From Eledone cirrhosa (Eukaryota), in NCBI GenBank assembly GCA_964016885.1, contig OZ024759.1, positions 4,216,001 through 4,280,000 of the forward strand: 64,000 nt of DNA. Reading direction: 5' to 3'. Below are positions 1-11,956 of the stretch, one piece after another. Each line of letters begins with the position of its first letter. Position 1 is the first letter of the stretch. The position numbers were made by a program, and so were the translations under genes. The notes under the pieces were generated by a model. That model was not told the origin of the DNA. It saw only the letters and a program-made list of their open reading frames with translations, and searched no databases.

Positions 1-355
1 AATACACCCCTGTCCCACTACCCCACCCCATCCACACCACCCCCTTAAATGTGAAGTTATGTTGGTACCACAACATCCAGTCCGAAACAAATGAGGTTGT
101 GTAGGTGTCACAACAGAAAAAACACACAGTCCACGCTGTAATGTGGCCGTGTAGGTAACACGGTAAAAACCTCCCAGTCCACACTGTAAACGTGGTTGGT
201 GTTAGGAAGGGCATCCAGCCATAGAAAACTTGCCAGTCAGTCCTATACGAGCAGGACAACGAATATTGCCTCAAGTGGGAAAACTCCCGTCCAAACCCAT
301 GCAAGCGTGGAAGATGGACGTTAAACGATGATAATGATGATGATGATGATGATGA
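1..355 (+). mobile_element. 3' region of an RTE-family element / RTE-derived bipartite SINE ending in (GAT)n
   Basis: Contains GGTGTTAGGAAGGGCATCCAGCC, the tail CCCGTCCAAACCCATGCAAGCGTGGAAGATGGACGTTAAAC and (GAT)n. Colinear with 31760-32086, which follows an RTE ORF. Confidence 0.75.
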
Positions 356-974
356 AAGAGAGTCATACCTTATATCTGGAAATCATATCTGGCCACCAAG
401 AGTATATATTCAATACATAAACAGAGAAAGCCTTAAGCGATACTCTGACCAACTCCATCTCACTCAACAAACATTAGGATATACCTAAGTATTTTCCTAA
501 TTTAGTGTTTGGGGTGCTAACTAATCAGTATTTCGTGGATAGCTGGTTGTATTATTTTATATGAGACATTATTAACTAAATATCTCTTTCCTTCCAGACG
601 GCCGTTTCCTTATAAGATTTCTACAATTCGGGATAAATAATTTCCAGGTTATGTAGAAACTTGTATATAATCCATAGTTTTATACACAAGCGGGCTCTTA
701 TAAACTCATCAGTGGATGTCCAAATAATATCGATATAAGAATTATATCGACATTAATAGATTAGTGATGGTCTCCCTCAGCGCTAAGAAGATCCAGCGCT
801 TAGAAAATCCAGCAGTCCTCTCAAAGATAAAATACACGCTGTCCCCAAGAGGGTAAGGGGAGGTCATCTTAAAATAAAACAATATACACGCTGGTCATTT
901 AAACCTGTTAGCTATTAACCACGTGTATAAGAACTCAATTGGATATTAAAAGAATAACTATATGTATACACAAT

Positions 975-1036
<62 letters not shown>

Positions 1037-1258
1037 CAAATATTTCAAATATTTCAGATCAGTGGTTGGCGTTGGGAAGGGCATCCAGCCGTAAAAAAAC
1101 AGTCAGAAACTCTCGTATATGAGCGAGACATGGTCACTTGACCCAACATGCCTCTAAATGGGACAACCCTGTCTAACCCATGCTAGCATGGAAGATAGAC
1201 GTTAATTGATGATGATGATGATACATACATATATATATAGCTACATTACACCACTTAC

Positions 1259-1396
1259 CTGTCTGACAGTTGCTACCTTCATAACCAGCAGTACACCCTC
1301 CACTGTAACACACACCTGTCTCTGTGTTACATTTGCTGTTGTCTGCACAGTGACAATTTCTACTACAGCTGGGACCAAACTTTCCTACAGGACACA
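1259..1396 (-). CDS. EGF-like exon (CPVGKFGPSCSRNCHCADNSKCNTETGVCYSGGCTAGYEGSNCQT)
   Basis: 138 bp; acceptor ttttctatag, donor gtaagt; MEGF-type Cys spacing. Confidence 0.9.
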
Positions 1397-1490
1397 CTAT
1401 AGAAAATATTTAAAATTCACTTCTAATATTCACTCACTTTTTTCAGGTAACATGTTTGATGTTTGTAAAACCTATGAAGACCTGCACTAT

Positions 1491-1532
<42 letters not shown>

Positions 1533-1664
1533 TATACATATATATATATACACATATATATACATATATATATATATACACATATATATATACATATATA
1601 CTGAAGTAAAAGTTAAGTGGAAATATCCAAGAGTAAGAGCACTCAGTCCATAGGACGAGTTTAG

Positions 1665-1844
1665 TATAAATAATTACAACAGTGACATAAACAGGTACTC
1701 AAGTTTGAATGGGTTCTGGGCCCCAATTTCTTCAGCCTGTCATGAGATGTTTTCCATTTTCCTCATGACAGGCTGAAGAAATTTGGGGCCGAGAACCCAA
1801 CGAAACTTGAGTACCTGTTTATGTCACTGTTGTAATTATTTATA
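1665..1844. repeat. ~82-bp-arm inverted repeat, each arm carrying a hammerhead-like motif
   Basis: 1665-1746 is the reverse complement of 1762-1844 with a few mismatches; 15-bp spacer. Confidence 0.9.
1768..1818 (+). ncRNA. Minimal type I hammerhead ribozyme-like motif (Penelope-type)
   Basis: ACAGG-CTGAAGA-aatTTGGG gccgagaa CCCAAc-GAAA-CTTGAG-TA-CCTGT: stem I ACAGG/CCTGT, core boxes, near-palindromic stem III. Confidence 0.6.
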
Positions 1845-1986
1845 TCTATATACATATATATATATATATATATATTCAAAATTAATTAAATTAAATTAAA
1901 TTAGATTAAGGGAGTCATGTCCAAGACATGCGCCATATCCACCGTAGAATAAGCTCAAAGATTTCAATGAATAGATCCGAGCATTT

Positions 1987-2314
1987 TATATCAACTAGAA
2001 ATAGATTGACATATATATATATTTAAAATAAACACATGAAACAATGACAGGGTATAATTTGTAAAGTGTGTAATCACACATAGCTAGGTAGGTAACTAAT
2101 TAAAGTTTAACTAGAGCTTCAAATATTTCCTTTTTAAAAAATTAATCATTTTTTAATTATTTTTTAAAAAGGTAATATTTGAAGCTCTAGTTAAACTTTA
2201 ATTAGTTACCTACCTAGCTATGTGTGATTACACACTTTACAAATTATCCCCTGTCATTGTTTCATGTGTTTATTTTAAATATATATCTATGTCAATCTAT
2301 TTCTAGTTGATATA
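1987..2314. repeat. Long near-perfect inverted repeat (arms ~155 bp)
   Basis: tatatcaactagaaatagattgac...ttttaaaaaa mirrored by tttttaaaaagg...caatctatttctagttgatata. Confidence 0.9.
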
Positions 2315-2941
2315 TATATATATATCCAGGGAGTGTAACATGAAGTTACTGTAGGTTCACCCAGGTGAGCACTCAATCTTTAGATTCTCGTCCATCATTA
2401 CAACAGCAGAGGTCCGACGACCTTTTGATTCCTCAGTCTGGCTAGATCAATACTGATCAAACTTTGAGCTGAGCAATAGCAAAACGTGCATCACCAATCA
2501 ATAAATGTAATGAAGGCTTAACAAATCGTCATTGTATTATTATTATTATACACACACACACACATATATATGTATATATAAATATATATATATATATTTA
2601 TATATATATCACAGAAAAAAAGATAGGAAAATCTGCTTCATAGAATCAAAACGTATCTGAGGACCTTGCGATTTTCAGAGTCAGGTTTGATCATCACATC
2701 GATCGTGCCTCGAGCTGGTCGCCAGAGAAACAATTGTAATATGTCCAATAAATTCCATTCGTCGCAACACTGATTCCCTTCTTTTCTGTGACATCATACT
2801 CTGCTCTATGAGAGCATTGAGTGCTCAAATGGCCTACCTCATACGGACACTTTAAGCATCCAACACCAATTATATATATATATATACACACACACATATA
2901 TATACACACCCACACACATATATATATATACACATATGTAT

Positions 2942-2982
<41 letters not shown>

Positions 2983-2996
2983 TATATATACACACC

Positions 2997-3028
<32 letters not shown>

Positions 3029-3067
3029 CATATGTATACACATATATATATATATATATGTACACAC

Positions 3068-4297
3068 CTCATCATCATCAGGTCGAGCTTGCTCGGCTTT
3101 CTACGACACGTTTCCTCCATCCATCTCTGTCTCTCATAGCGTTTGCCAGTTCTTCCGCAGTGCATCCAGTATCATCCTCAAGTTGCTTGACGTATAACAA
3201 CACATCACCTGCTATAACAACACATCACCTGCTATATCTTCCTTGCTGCGCCAACAGTGGCCAGTAAATCTGAGTCTCTGTCCACGTATTGACCTCCTGA
3301 TAGGTGGTATATTGCCATAGAGATCCTTATTTGTTGGGTGTTCCCTCGAAGACACATTTAAAGCAGCGTGGAGCATACGTGTGTATGCCCCGTCTAGCTT
3401 TTTCTCCAGTTTTGACGTTAGCGTCCAAGTGATAGAGCCATAAACAAACACAGACTCCACAGCAGCTCTGAAGAAATTCCTTTTCAGTTTGACCGGCAGG
3501 TTTGATTTCTATATCTTCTCCATTGCATTCAATGCTCCCCAGGCTTTTCCCAGTCTGTTGTTAACATCATGTTCTGTGGAGGCGATATAGCTACCCAGGT
3601 ATTTGAAGTCGTCAACTTGCTTGATTATATCGCCGTTTAGACTTCGCATACCAACTGAGGAGTCTTGGTTCAGGCAAATATATTCTGTTTTGCCTGTGTT
3701 GACATAGAGTCGGATTTCCTTTGCAACTGATTCGATGCTGTGAAGTAGTGATGTTGCATCCTTAAGGTAGTCAGCGAGGACCGCTAAATCATCCGCATAG
3801 TCAGCATCGGTGATTTTCTGAGCTGCATGGCGTCTACACTTTCACTTTGTGAGAGTGAAACCAAGCTCTAAGTTTTCATCCAGGGCTTTTCTCAATACAT
3901 AGTCGAGGCAGATGATAAAAAATGTATGGTGCAAGAGTATCCCCTTGGAGTACTCCTGCAATGATGTCAAAGAAGTTGGTATCTCCATCAGGTGAGCGCA
4001 CCATTGCGCAGGTGTTTTTATATAACATCATGATGGCATTTACTGTTTCCCTTGGCAAGCCGTAGGCTAGAAGTATCTCTCTCATCCTCCCACGATGGAT
4101 GGAATCGAATGCTTTTGAAAAGTCAATAAACAGGAGAGTTGCTGGGAGGTTTGGGCTTTTACACCTTCCAAGATACGCCGAATAGTAAGTATTTGCCCTG
4201 ATGTTGATCTGTTGGTGCGGAAGCCCTTTTGGTTTTTTCTCAGCAAGGGGTCAATGACAGATCTTATTCTGTCAAACAGCATGAGATTGTATATCTT
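3068..4297 (-). mobile_element. 5'-truncated, frameshifted RTE-clade LINE RT fragment (family distinct from the PHD-bearing RTE)
   Basis: Translated pieces LLRKNQKGFR, GVLQGDTLAP, DYADD (~3790-3802), [19 protein letters not shown]; (GAT)n tail at ~3070. Confidence 0.85.
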
Positions 4298-4388
4298 TGC
4301 GTGTGTGTATATATATACACACACACACACATATATATGTATACACACACACACATATATACTGTAATATACATCATAATATACATAC

Positions 4389-4522
4389 CATGGTGACAGT
4401 CAGGTCCCTGGTAACTGGGTTGACAACCTCCACTGGAACACACACCTGTGATGAAGTTGTGGTGACATCAGCACAGTGGCAGGTTTCTTTACAGTTGAGG
4501 CCGTAGTTACCTTGACGACACT
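4389..4522 (-). pseudogene. Frameshifted EGF-like exon (CRQGNYGLNCKETCHCADVT / NFITGVCSSGGCQPSYQGPDCHH)
   Basis: 134 bp versus 138 bp in sister exons; reading frame changes where a Cys is expected; weak acceptor tatttgag, donor gtatgt. Confidence 0.8.
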
Positions 4523-4550
4523 CTCAAATATTGGACATTATGTACCAACA

Positions 4551-5002
4551 TTACCACCACCACCACCACACCATCACCATCATCACCATTGTCCTCCTCA
4601 CAACCACCACCAACATCACCAGCACCACCACCACCACCAGCACCACCACCACCACCATCATCACCACCCCCAGCACCACCACCACCATCATCACCACCAC
4701 CAGCACCACCACCACCACCACCACCATCACCACCCCCATCGCCACCACGATCACCACCACCATCACCACCACCACCACCATCACCACCACCATCACCACC
4801 ACCACCACCACCGCCACCACCACCGCCACCACCACCACCACCACCATCACCACCACCACCACCACCGCCACCACCACCATCACCACCACCACCACCACCA
4901 CCACCATCACCAACACAACCACCACCACCAACACAACCACCACCGCCACCACCGCCACCACCACCGCCACCACCGCCACCACCACCGCCACCACCGCCAC
5001 CA

Positions 5003-5035
<33 letters not shown>

Positions 5036-5437
5036 CCACCACCGCCGCCACCACCACCACCACCACCGCCACCACCACCACCACCACCACCACCACCACC
5101 ACCACCACCATCACCACCACCATCACCACCACCACCACCATCACCACCACCACCACCAACACCACCACCACCACCAAACACCACCACCACCACCACCACC
5201 ACCACCGCCATCACCAACAGCACCACCACCACCACCGCCATCACCACCACCACCACCGCCATCACCAACACCACCACCACCACCACCATCACCACCATCA
5301 TCACCATCACCACCACCACCGCCACCATCACCGCCACCACCGCCACCACCACCATCATCACCACCACCACCACCATCATCATCACCACCACCACCACCAC
5401 CACCACCACCACCACCACCACCATCATCATCACCACC
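4551..5437. repeat. (CAC)n/(CAT)n trinucleotide microsatellite, ~0.9 kb
   Basis: Direct reading; source of the poly-His/Thr/Pro ORFs. Confidence 0.97.
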
Positions 5438-5449
5438 ATCTGCGAGATC

Positions 5450-8400
5450 AAAAATACTGTTGTGGTCCCATTCCATTACTTCACCAATCTTGTAGACTCT
5501 AAATATTGTAATGGTCACTGTCCCTTCTCTTCCACCAATCTGGGAGTCACTAAATACTGTCATGGTTCCTGTTCCTCCCTCCAGTAATCTTGGAGACCCT
5601 AAATACTGTTGTAGTACCTTCCCATTCCTTCCACTAATTTTGGAGACCCTAAATATTGCAATGGGTACTGTCCCTTCCTTCCTTTCCATCAATCTAGGGG
5701 ACCCTAAATACTGTTCTGGTCCCTGTCTCTTCTCTTCCACCAATCAGTGAGTCCCTTAATACTGCCGTGGTCCCTGTCTCTTCTCTTCCACCAATCAGTG
5801 AGTCCCTTAATACTGTTGTGGTCCCTGTCTCTTCTCTTCCACCAATCAGTGAGTCCCTTAATACTGTTGTGGTCCCTGTCTCTTCTCTTCCACCAATCAG
5901 TGAGTCCCTTAATACTGTTGTGGTCCCTGTCTCTTCTCTTCCACCAATCAGTGAGTCCCTAAATACTGTTGTGGTCCCTGTCTCTTCTCTTCCACCAATC
6001 AGTGAGTCCCTTAATACTGTTGTGGTCCCTGTCTCTTCTCTTCCACCAATCAGTGAGTCCCTAAATACTATCATGGTCCCTGTCTCTTCTCTTCCACTAA
6101 TCAGTGAGTCCCTTAATACTGTTGTGGTCCCTGTCTCTTCTCTTCCACCAATCAGTGAGTCCCTAAATACTATCATGGTCCCTGTCTCTTCTCTTCCACC
6201 AATCAGTGAGTCCCTTAATACTGTTGTGGTGCCTGTCTCTTCTCTTCCACCAATCAGTGAGTCCCTTAATACTGCCGTGGTCCCTGTCTCTTCTCTTCCA
6301 CCAATCAGTGAGTCCCTTAATACTGTTGTGGTCCCTGTCTCTTCTCTTCCACCAATCAGTGAGTCCCTTAATACTGTTGTGGTCCCTGTCTCTTCTCTTC
6401 CACCAATCAGTGAGTCGCTAAATACTGTTGTGGTCCCTGTCTCTTCTCTTCCACTAATCAGTGAGTCCCTTAATACTGTTGTGGTCCCTGTCTCTTCTCT
6501 TCCACCAATCAGTGAGTCCCTAAATACTATCATGGTCCCTGTCTCTTCTCTTCCACCAATCAGTGAGTCCCTTAATACTGTTGTGGTCCCTGTCTCTTCT
6601 CTTCCACCAATCAGTGAGTCCCTTAATACTGGTGTGGTCCCTGTCTCTTCTCTTCCACCAATCAGTGAGTCCCTTAATACTGTCGTGGTCCCTGTCTCTT
6701 CTCTTCCACCAATCAGTGAGTCCCTTAATACTGTTGTGGTCCCTGTCTCTTCTCTTCCACCAATCAGTAAGTCCCTTAATACTGTTGTGGTGCCTGTCTC
6801 TTCTCTTCCACCAATCACTGAGTCCCTTAATACTGTTGTGGTCCCTGTCTCTTTTCTTCCACCAATCAGTGAGTCCCTTAATACTGTCATGGTCCCTGTC
6901 TCTTCTCTTCCACCAATCAGTGAGTCCCTTAATACTGTCGTGGTCCCTGTCTCTTCTCTTCCACCAATCAGTGAGTCCCTTAATATTGTCATGGTCCCTG
7001 TCTCTTCTCTTCCACCAATCAGTGAGTTCCTTAATACTGTTGTGGTCCCTGTGTCTTCTCTTCCACCAATCAGTGAGTCCCATAATACTGTCGTGGTCCC
7101 TGTCTCTTCTCTTCCACCAATCAGTGAGTCCCTTAATACTGTTGTGGTCCCTGTCTCTTCTCTTCCACCAATCAGTGAGTCCCTTAATACTGTCGTGGTC
7201 CCTGTCTCTATCTTCCACCAATCAGTGAGTCCCTAAATACTGTTGTGGTCCCTGTCGCTTCTCTTCCACCAATCAGTGAGTCTCTTAATACTGTCGTGGT
7301 CCCTGTCTCTATCTTCCACCAATCAGTGAGTCCCTAAATACTGTTGTGGTCCCTGTCTCTTCTCTTCCACCAATCAGTGAGTCCCTTAATACTGTTGTGG
7401 TCCCTGTCTCTATCTTCCACCAATCAGTGAGTCCCTAAATACTGTTGTGGTCCCTGTCTCTTCTCTTCCACCAATCAGTGAGTCCCTAAATACTGTTGTG
7501 GTCCCTGTCTCTTCTCTTCCACCAATCAGTGAGTCCCTTAATACTGTCGTGGTCCCTGTCTCTTCCACCAATCAGTGAGTCCCTAAATACTGTTGTGGTC
7601 CCTGTCTCTTCTCTTCCACCAATCAGTGAGTCCCTAAATACTGTTGTGGTCCCTGTCTCTTCTCTTCCACCAATCAGTGAGTCCCTTAATACTGTCGTGG
7701 TCCCTGTCTCTTCTCTTCCACCAATCAGTGAGTCTCTTAATACTGTTGTGGTCCCTGTCTCTTCTCTTCCACCAATCAGTGAGTCCCTAAATACTGTTGT
7801 GGTCCCTGTCTCTTCTCTTCCACCAATCAGTGAGTCCCTAAATACTATCATTGTCCCTGTCTCTTCTCTTCCACCAATCAGTGAGTCCCTTAATACTGTC
7901 GTTGTCCCTGTCTCTTCTCTTCCACCAATCAGTGAGTCTCTTAATACTGTTGTGGTTCCTGTCTCTTCTCTTCCACCAATCAGTGAGTCCCTAAATACTA
8001 TCATTGTCCCTGTCTCTTCTCTTCCACCAATCAGTGAGTCCCTTAATACTGTCGTTGTCCCTGTCTCTTCTCTTCCACCAATCAGTGAGTCCCTAAATAC
8101 TGTTGTGGTCCCTGTCTCTTCTCTTCCACCAATCAGTGAGTCCCTTAATACTGTCGTGGGCCCTGTCTCTATCTTCCACCAATCAGTGAGTCTCTTAATA
8201 CTGTCGTGGTCCCTGTCTCTTCTCTTACACCAATCAGTGAGTCCCTAAACACTGTTGTGGTCCCTGTCTCTTCTCTTCCACCAATCAGTGAGTCCCTTAA
8301 TACTGTTGTGGTCCCTGTCTCTTCTCTTCCACCAATCAGTGAGTCCCTAAATACTGTTGTGGTCCCTGTCTCTTCTCTTCCACCAATCAGTGAGTCCCTT

Positions 8401-8990
8401 AATACTGTTGTGGTCCCTGTCTCTTCTCTTCCACCAATCAGTGAGTCTCTTAATACTGTCGTGGTCCCTGTCTCTTCTCTTACACCAATCAGTGAGTCCC
8501 TAAATACTGTTGTGGTCCCTGTCTCGTCTCATCCACCAATCATTGAGTCCCTTAATACTGTCATGGTCCCTGTCTCTTCTCTTCCACCAATCAGTGAGTC
8601 CCTAAATACTGTCGTGGTCCCTGTCACTTCTCTTCCACCAATCAGTGAGTCCCTTAATACTGTTGTGGTCCCTGTCTCTTCTCTTCCACCAATCAGTGAG
8701 TCCCTTAATACTGTTGTGGTCCCTGTCTCTTCTCTTCCACCAATCAGTGAGTCCCTAAATACTGTTGAGTTCCCTGTCTCTTCTCTTCCACCAATCAGTG
8801 AGTCCCTAAATACTGTCGTGGTCCCTGTCTCTTCTCTTCCAGCAATCAGTGAGTCATAAATACTATCATGGTCCCTGTCTCTTCTTTTCCACCAATCAGT
8901 GAGTCCCTTAATACTGTCGTGGTCCCTGTCTCTTCTCTTCCACCAATCAGTGAGTCCCTAAATACTATCATGGTCCCTGTCCCTTCCCTC
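5450..8990. repeat. 51-bp minisatellite (AATACTGTTGTGGTCCCTGTCTCTTCTCTTCCACCAATCAGTGAGTCCCTT), roughly 65-70 copies, intronic
   Basis: Homogeneous 5.7-9.0 kb, degenerate copies at 5450-5700, occasional 49-bp variants. Confidence 0.97.
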
Positions 8991-9018
8991 TCTAAAGGGT
9001 AAACAGATAAAAACTTAC

Positions 9019-9156
9019 TTGACTGGCAGCTGTGTCCCCTGTGACCAGGTGAGCACCTTCCATGGATGCAGATACCATTGTCAGAGTAACATTTGCCATT
9101 ATTCAGACAGTGGCACTCCTTCACACAGTTGACACCAAACATGCCATGGGCACATC
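9019..9156 (-). CDS. EGF-like exon (CAHGMFGVNCVKECHCLNNGKCYSDNGICIHGRCSPGHRGHSCQS)
   Basis: 138 bp; acceptor ttttctcag, donor gtaagt. Confidence 0.9.
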
Positions 9157-9184
9157 CTGAGAAAACAACTTCAATATGTAATTA

Positions 9185-9757
9185 CTGTATTTCCTGACGC
9201 CGAAGACACTTCGTCCTCGAGGACACACCCTAATTCTGACAACCAAAAATTTGAAAAAAAATAATTGTTTCTACTTTTGGCACAAGGCCAGTAATTATCC
9301 CAGTGTATTACTGGTACTTTATTTTATCGACCCCCGTAAGGATGAATGGCAAAGTTAACCTCGGCGGGATTTGAACTCAGACCATAAAGGGACGTAACTC
9401 TTTGCTGCAAAGCATGGCGTCAGACCGATACTGCCAATCCACTGCTCTTTGAATTTGAAGAAAAATAATTGTTTCTACTATTGGCACAAGGCCAGCAATC
9501 ACCCAGTACATTACTGGTACTTTATTTTATCGACTCCGTAAGGATGAAAGGCAATGTTAACCTTGGCGGGATTTGAACTCAGAATGGCAAGTGCTGTAAC
9601 TCTATGCGTCAAAGCATGGCGTCCGACCCTCTACCGATACTGCCAATTCACTGCCCTTTGAAGAAAAATAATAAACAACTTTCGGCCTCCAGGATGCATG
9701 GTAGATTTTTGAGACTTATTTTAGTAAAAGTAGCGTCTTTGACGCCGGGAAATACGG
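9185..9757. mobile_element. pogo/Tigger-like MITE interrupted by two tandem SINEs
   Basis: Imperfect TIRs CTGTATTTCCTGACGCCGAAGAC / GTCTTTGACGCCGGGAAATACGG after TA; a related SINE-free copy lies at 43571-43704. Confidence 0.7.
9263..9655 (-). mobile_element. Two tandem tRNA-derived SINEs (family with core CTTTCATCCTTACGGGGTCGATAAAATAAAGTACCAG)
   Basis: B-box-like GAGTTCAAATCC and the shared core, repeated more than ten times in the window. Confidence 0.8.
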
Positions 9758-9930
9758 TGAGTTTAATTAATTCAAATTTCAGAGTTGTTATCTTTCATCC
9801 TTTGAGTGTATCCCATTTACAATAGTAACTCTATAACCCTGCATGTTGTAGAAAGAGCCTAAAATAGTTTGGCATCAAGAAGGGCATCCAGCAGCAAAAT
9901 AATGCCTCAATACTATATATCATCATCATC

Positions 9931-10323
9931 ATTGGATGCGCAATGTCAATGTGCATGAATGAGCAAGCATAGACGAGTTGAGAAAGAAATTGTGTATAAT
10001 AGGGATAAGCTGTAGTGTGTGGGAGAGAAGACTGCGTTGGTATAGACATATGATGTGCATGGAGGATGACTGCTGGGTAAAGAAGTGCCAAGAAATCCCA
10101 GTAGAAAGAAGATGCAGTAGAGGAAGACCACGAAAATCATGGACGAAGGTGGTGAGATCTGACCTCAGATTGCTGAAGCTCATGGAGGAGATGACGAAAG
10201 ACTGTGATGAATGGAGAGATGCTGTGCTGTATAGGACCCATCCCACCCTTGCAAGCAGGGAAAAGCGGACGTAAAATGATGATGATGATCATCATCATGG
10301 TTATCATCATCATCATCATCATT
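9931..10323 (+). mobile_element. RTE LINE 3' fragment
   Basis: ORF 9978-10274 matches the C-terminus of the intact RTE (ERRLRWY...GRPRKSW...PTLASREKRT), followed by a (GAT)n tail. Confidence 0.9.
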
Positions 10324-11366
10324 GTTTAACATCCATCTTCCACACTAGTCTGGATAAGATGGTTTTGTTCCACTTGAGGTGAGATTGGTCTGGAGACTGT
10401 GTCTTGCTTGTACAGAACTGTCTTTGGTAGGTTTTTTACCCCTGGAGGCCCTTCCTAACACCAACCACATTTACAGTGTACATCTTCTGTTTATTACATA
10501 ATTCTGTTATACGTATTTCGAAGATGTCAGAGTGGTTGCATAACTTTGACATGTTCTCTTCAGACAAGTTGAAATTTGTGTTCTTTTATTTTGTTTTTGA
10601 TATGCTACCAAGGAGTGGGGGTTAGAGTTGTGTTTGCATTCCTGTCCAGTTGTTATATGGTTTGGATGGCTATTCTAGTAGGCAGATATGAAGCAGGAGG
10701 TGCTATTGTTGCTGACATACTAGGGATGCTAAGTAGGTTAAGGTATCAAATTACCAGAGGGGTAAGTCATCACCCCACCCCCCGTTCATATATGTTAAAG
10801 AATTTGTTCGAATAATCTACTTATTTTTTTGTTTATTTGAACTTTGTTTATTTGTTTGAACTACATAGCTATATATCCAGGCTGTGTATTATTAGAGAAG
10901 GTGATTCTTGTGTAACTATGTAAGGATGCATTAAATGTATAGATTTAGTCATTATGTTCAGCTCTAGGTGGAAGTTAGCATGGAACGTGTTAACTATCTA
11001 ATCTAAGGAAAGTTTTAGATATTTTATGCATACAAGTATTAACTCTTTAGCATTTACATTACTCTGTAATGTATTTTCTCTGTAAAGTCTTTACCTCACA
11101 TAATAATCTCACATAATATCAAATCCACAAGATTTTGATATTATTTATTTTGAGAACAATACCTTAACAAAAGTATGAGCAGCCAGTTACGGCTGGTTTG
11201 AACAGAAAAAGCACCACCTACACTCCACTCCCACTATAACCATGACAGCCACCTCCACTCCACCACCACCTCCACTCCACTCCCACTATAACCACGACAG
11301 CCACCAACACTCCACTCCCACTATAACCATGACAACCACCTACACTCCACCCCCACCACCACTCAC

Positions 11367-11501
11367 CTTTACAAGTGTTATTCACATCAATATATCCATC
11401 TTTACATCCAGTCACACATTTGCCAGTCAATTGATCACATGTCTTTCTGCAGTTGTTGCACTCTTCTTTACAATTTCTTCCATAGAATCCAGGGAGACAT
11501 T
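11367..11501 (-). CDS. EGF-like exon (CLPGFYGRNCKEECNNCRKTCDQLTGKCVTGCKDGYIDVNNTCK)
   Basis: 135 bp; acceptor tctttctag, donor gtgagt. Confidence 0.9.
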
Positions 11502-11539
11502 CTAGAAAGACAAACAATCTTAGTCATTATTTCAATCTA

Positions 11540-11920
11540 GGGCAGTGGATTGGCAGAATCGGTGGAGCATCGAACACCATGCTTTGCGGCATAAAGTTAT
11601 GGCCCTTTATGATCTGAGTTCCAATCCCGCCGAGGGTAACTTTGCTTTTCATCCTTACGGGGTCTTGTGCCTATATAAGGAACCATTATTTTAATCAAGG
11701 GCGGTGGATTGGCAGTATCGTTAGAGTGTCGAACACCATGCTTTGCGGTATTGAGTTACGACCCTTTCCATTCTGAGTTCAAAACCCGCCAAAGTTAGCT
11801 TGGCCTTTCATCCTTACGGGGTCGATAAAATAAAGTACCAGTCACACACTGGGGTCATTTAAATCGACTTTCCCCCTTCCCTTCAAATTGCTGGCCTTGT
11901 GCCAACAGTAGAAACAATTA
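11540..11920 (+). mobile_element. Two tandem tRNA-derived SINEs
   Basis: Heads GGCGGTGGATTGGCAGTATCG (A-box-like) and GAGTTCAAAACCC (B-box-like), plus the shared core. Confidence 0.8.
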
Positions 11921-11956
11921 TTTCAATCTGCACTTTGACAATGCTGTTTATTTTAA

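Noticed and set aside
670-717. Minus-strand ATCCA-CTGATGA...AAAACTA-TGGAT hammerhead-like motif
   Set aside because: The GAAA box is altered and stem III is missing; at best a decayed copy.
4476-5743. Long poly-His/Pro/Thr/Gly/Val ORFs
   Set aside because: All six frames of a (CAC)n microsatellite within an intron.
5694-8859. ORFs of up to 489 aa made of a 17-aa repeat
   Set aside because: By-product of a 51-bp unit; broken by 49-bp variants; no non-repetitive coding flanks.
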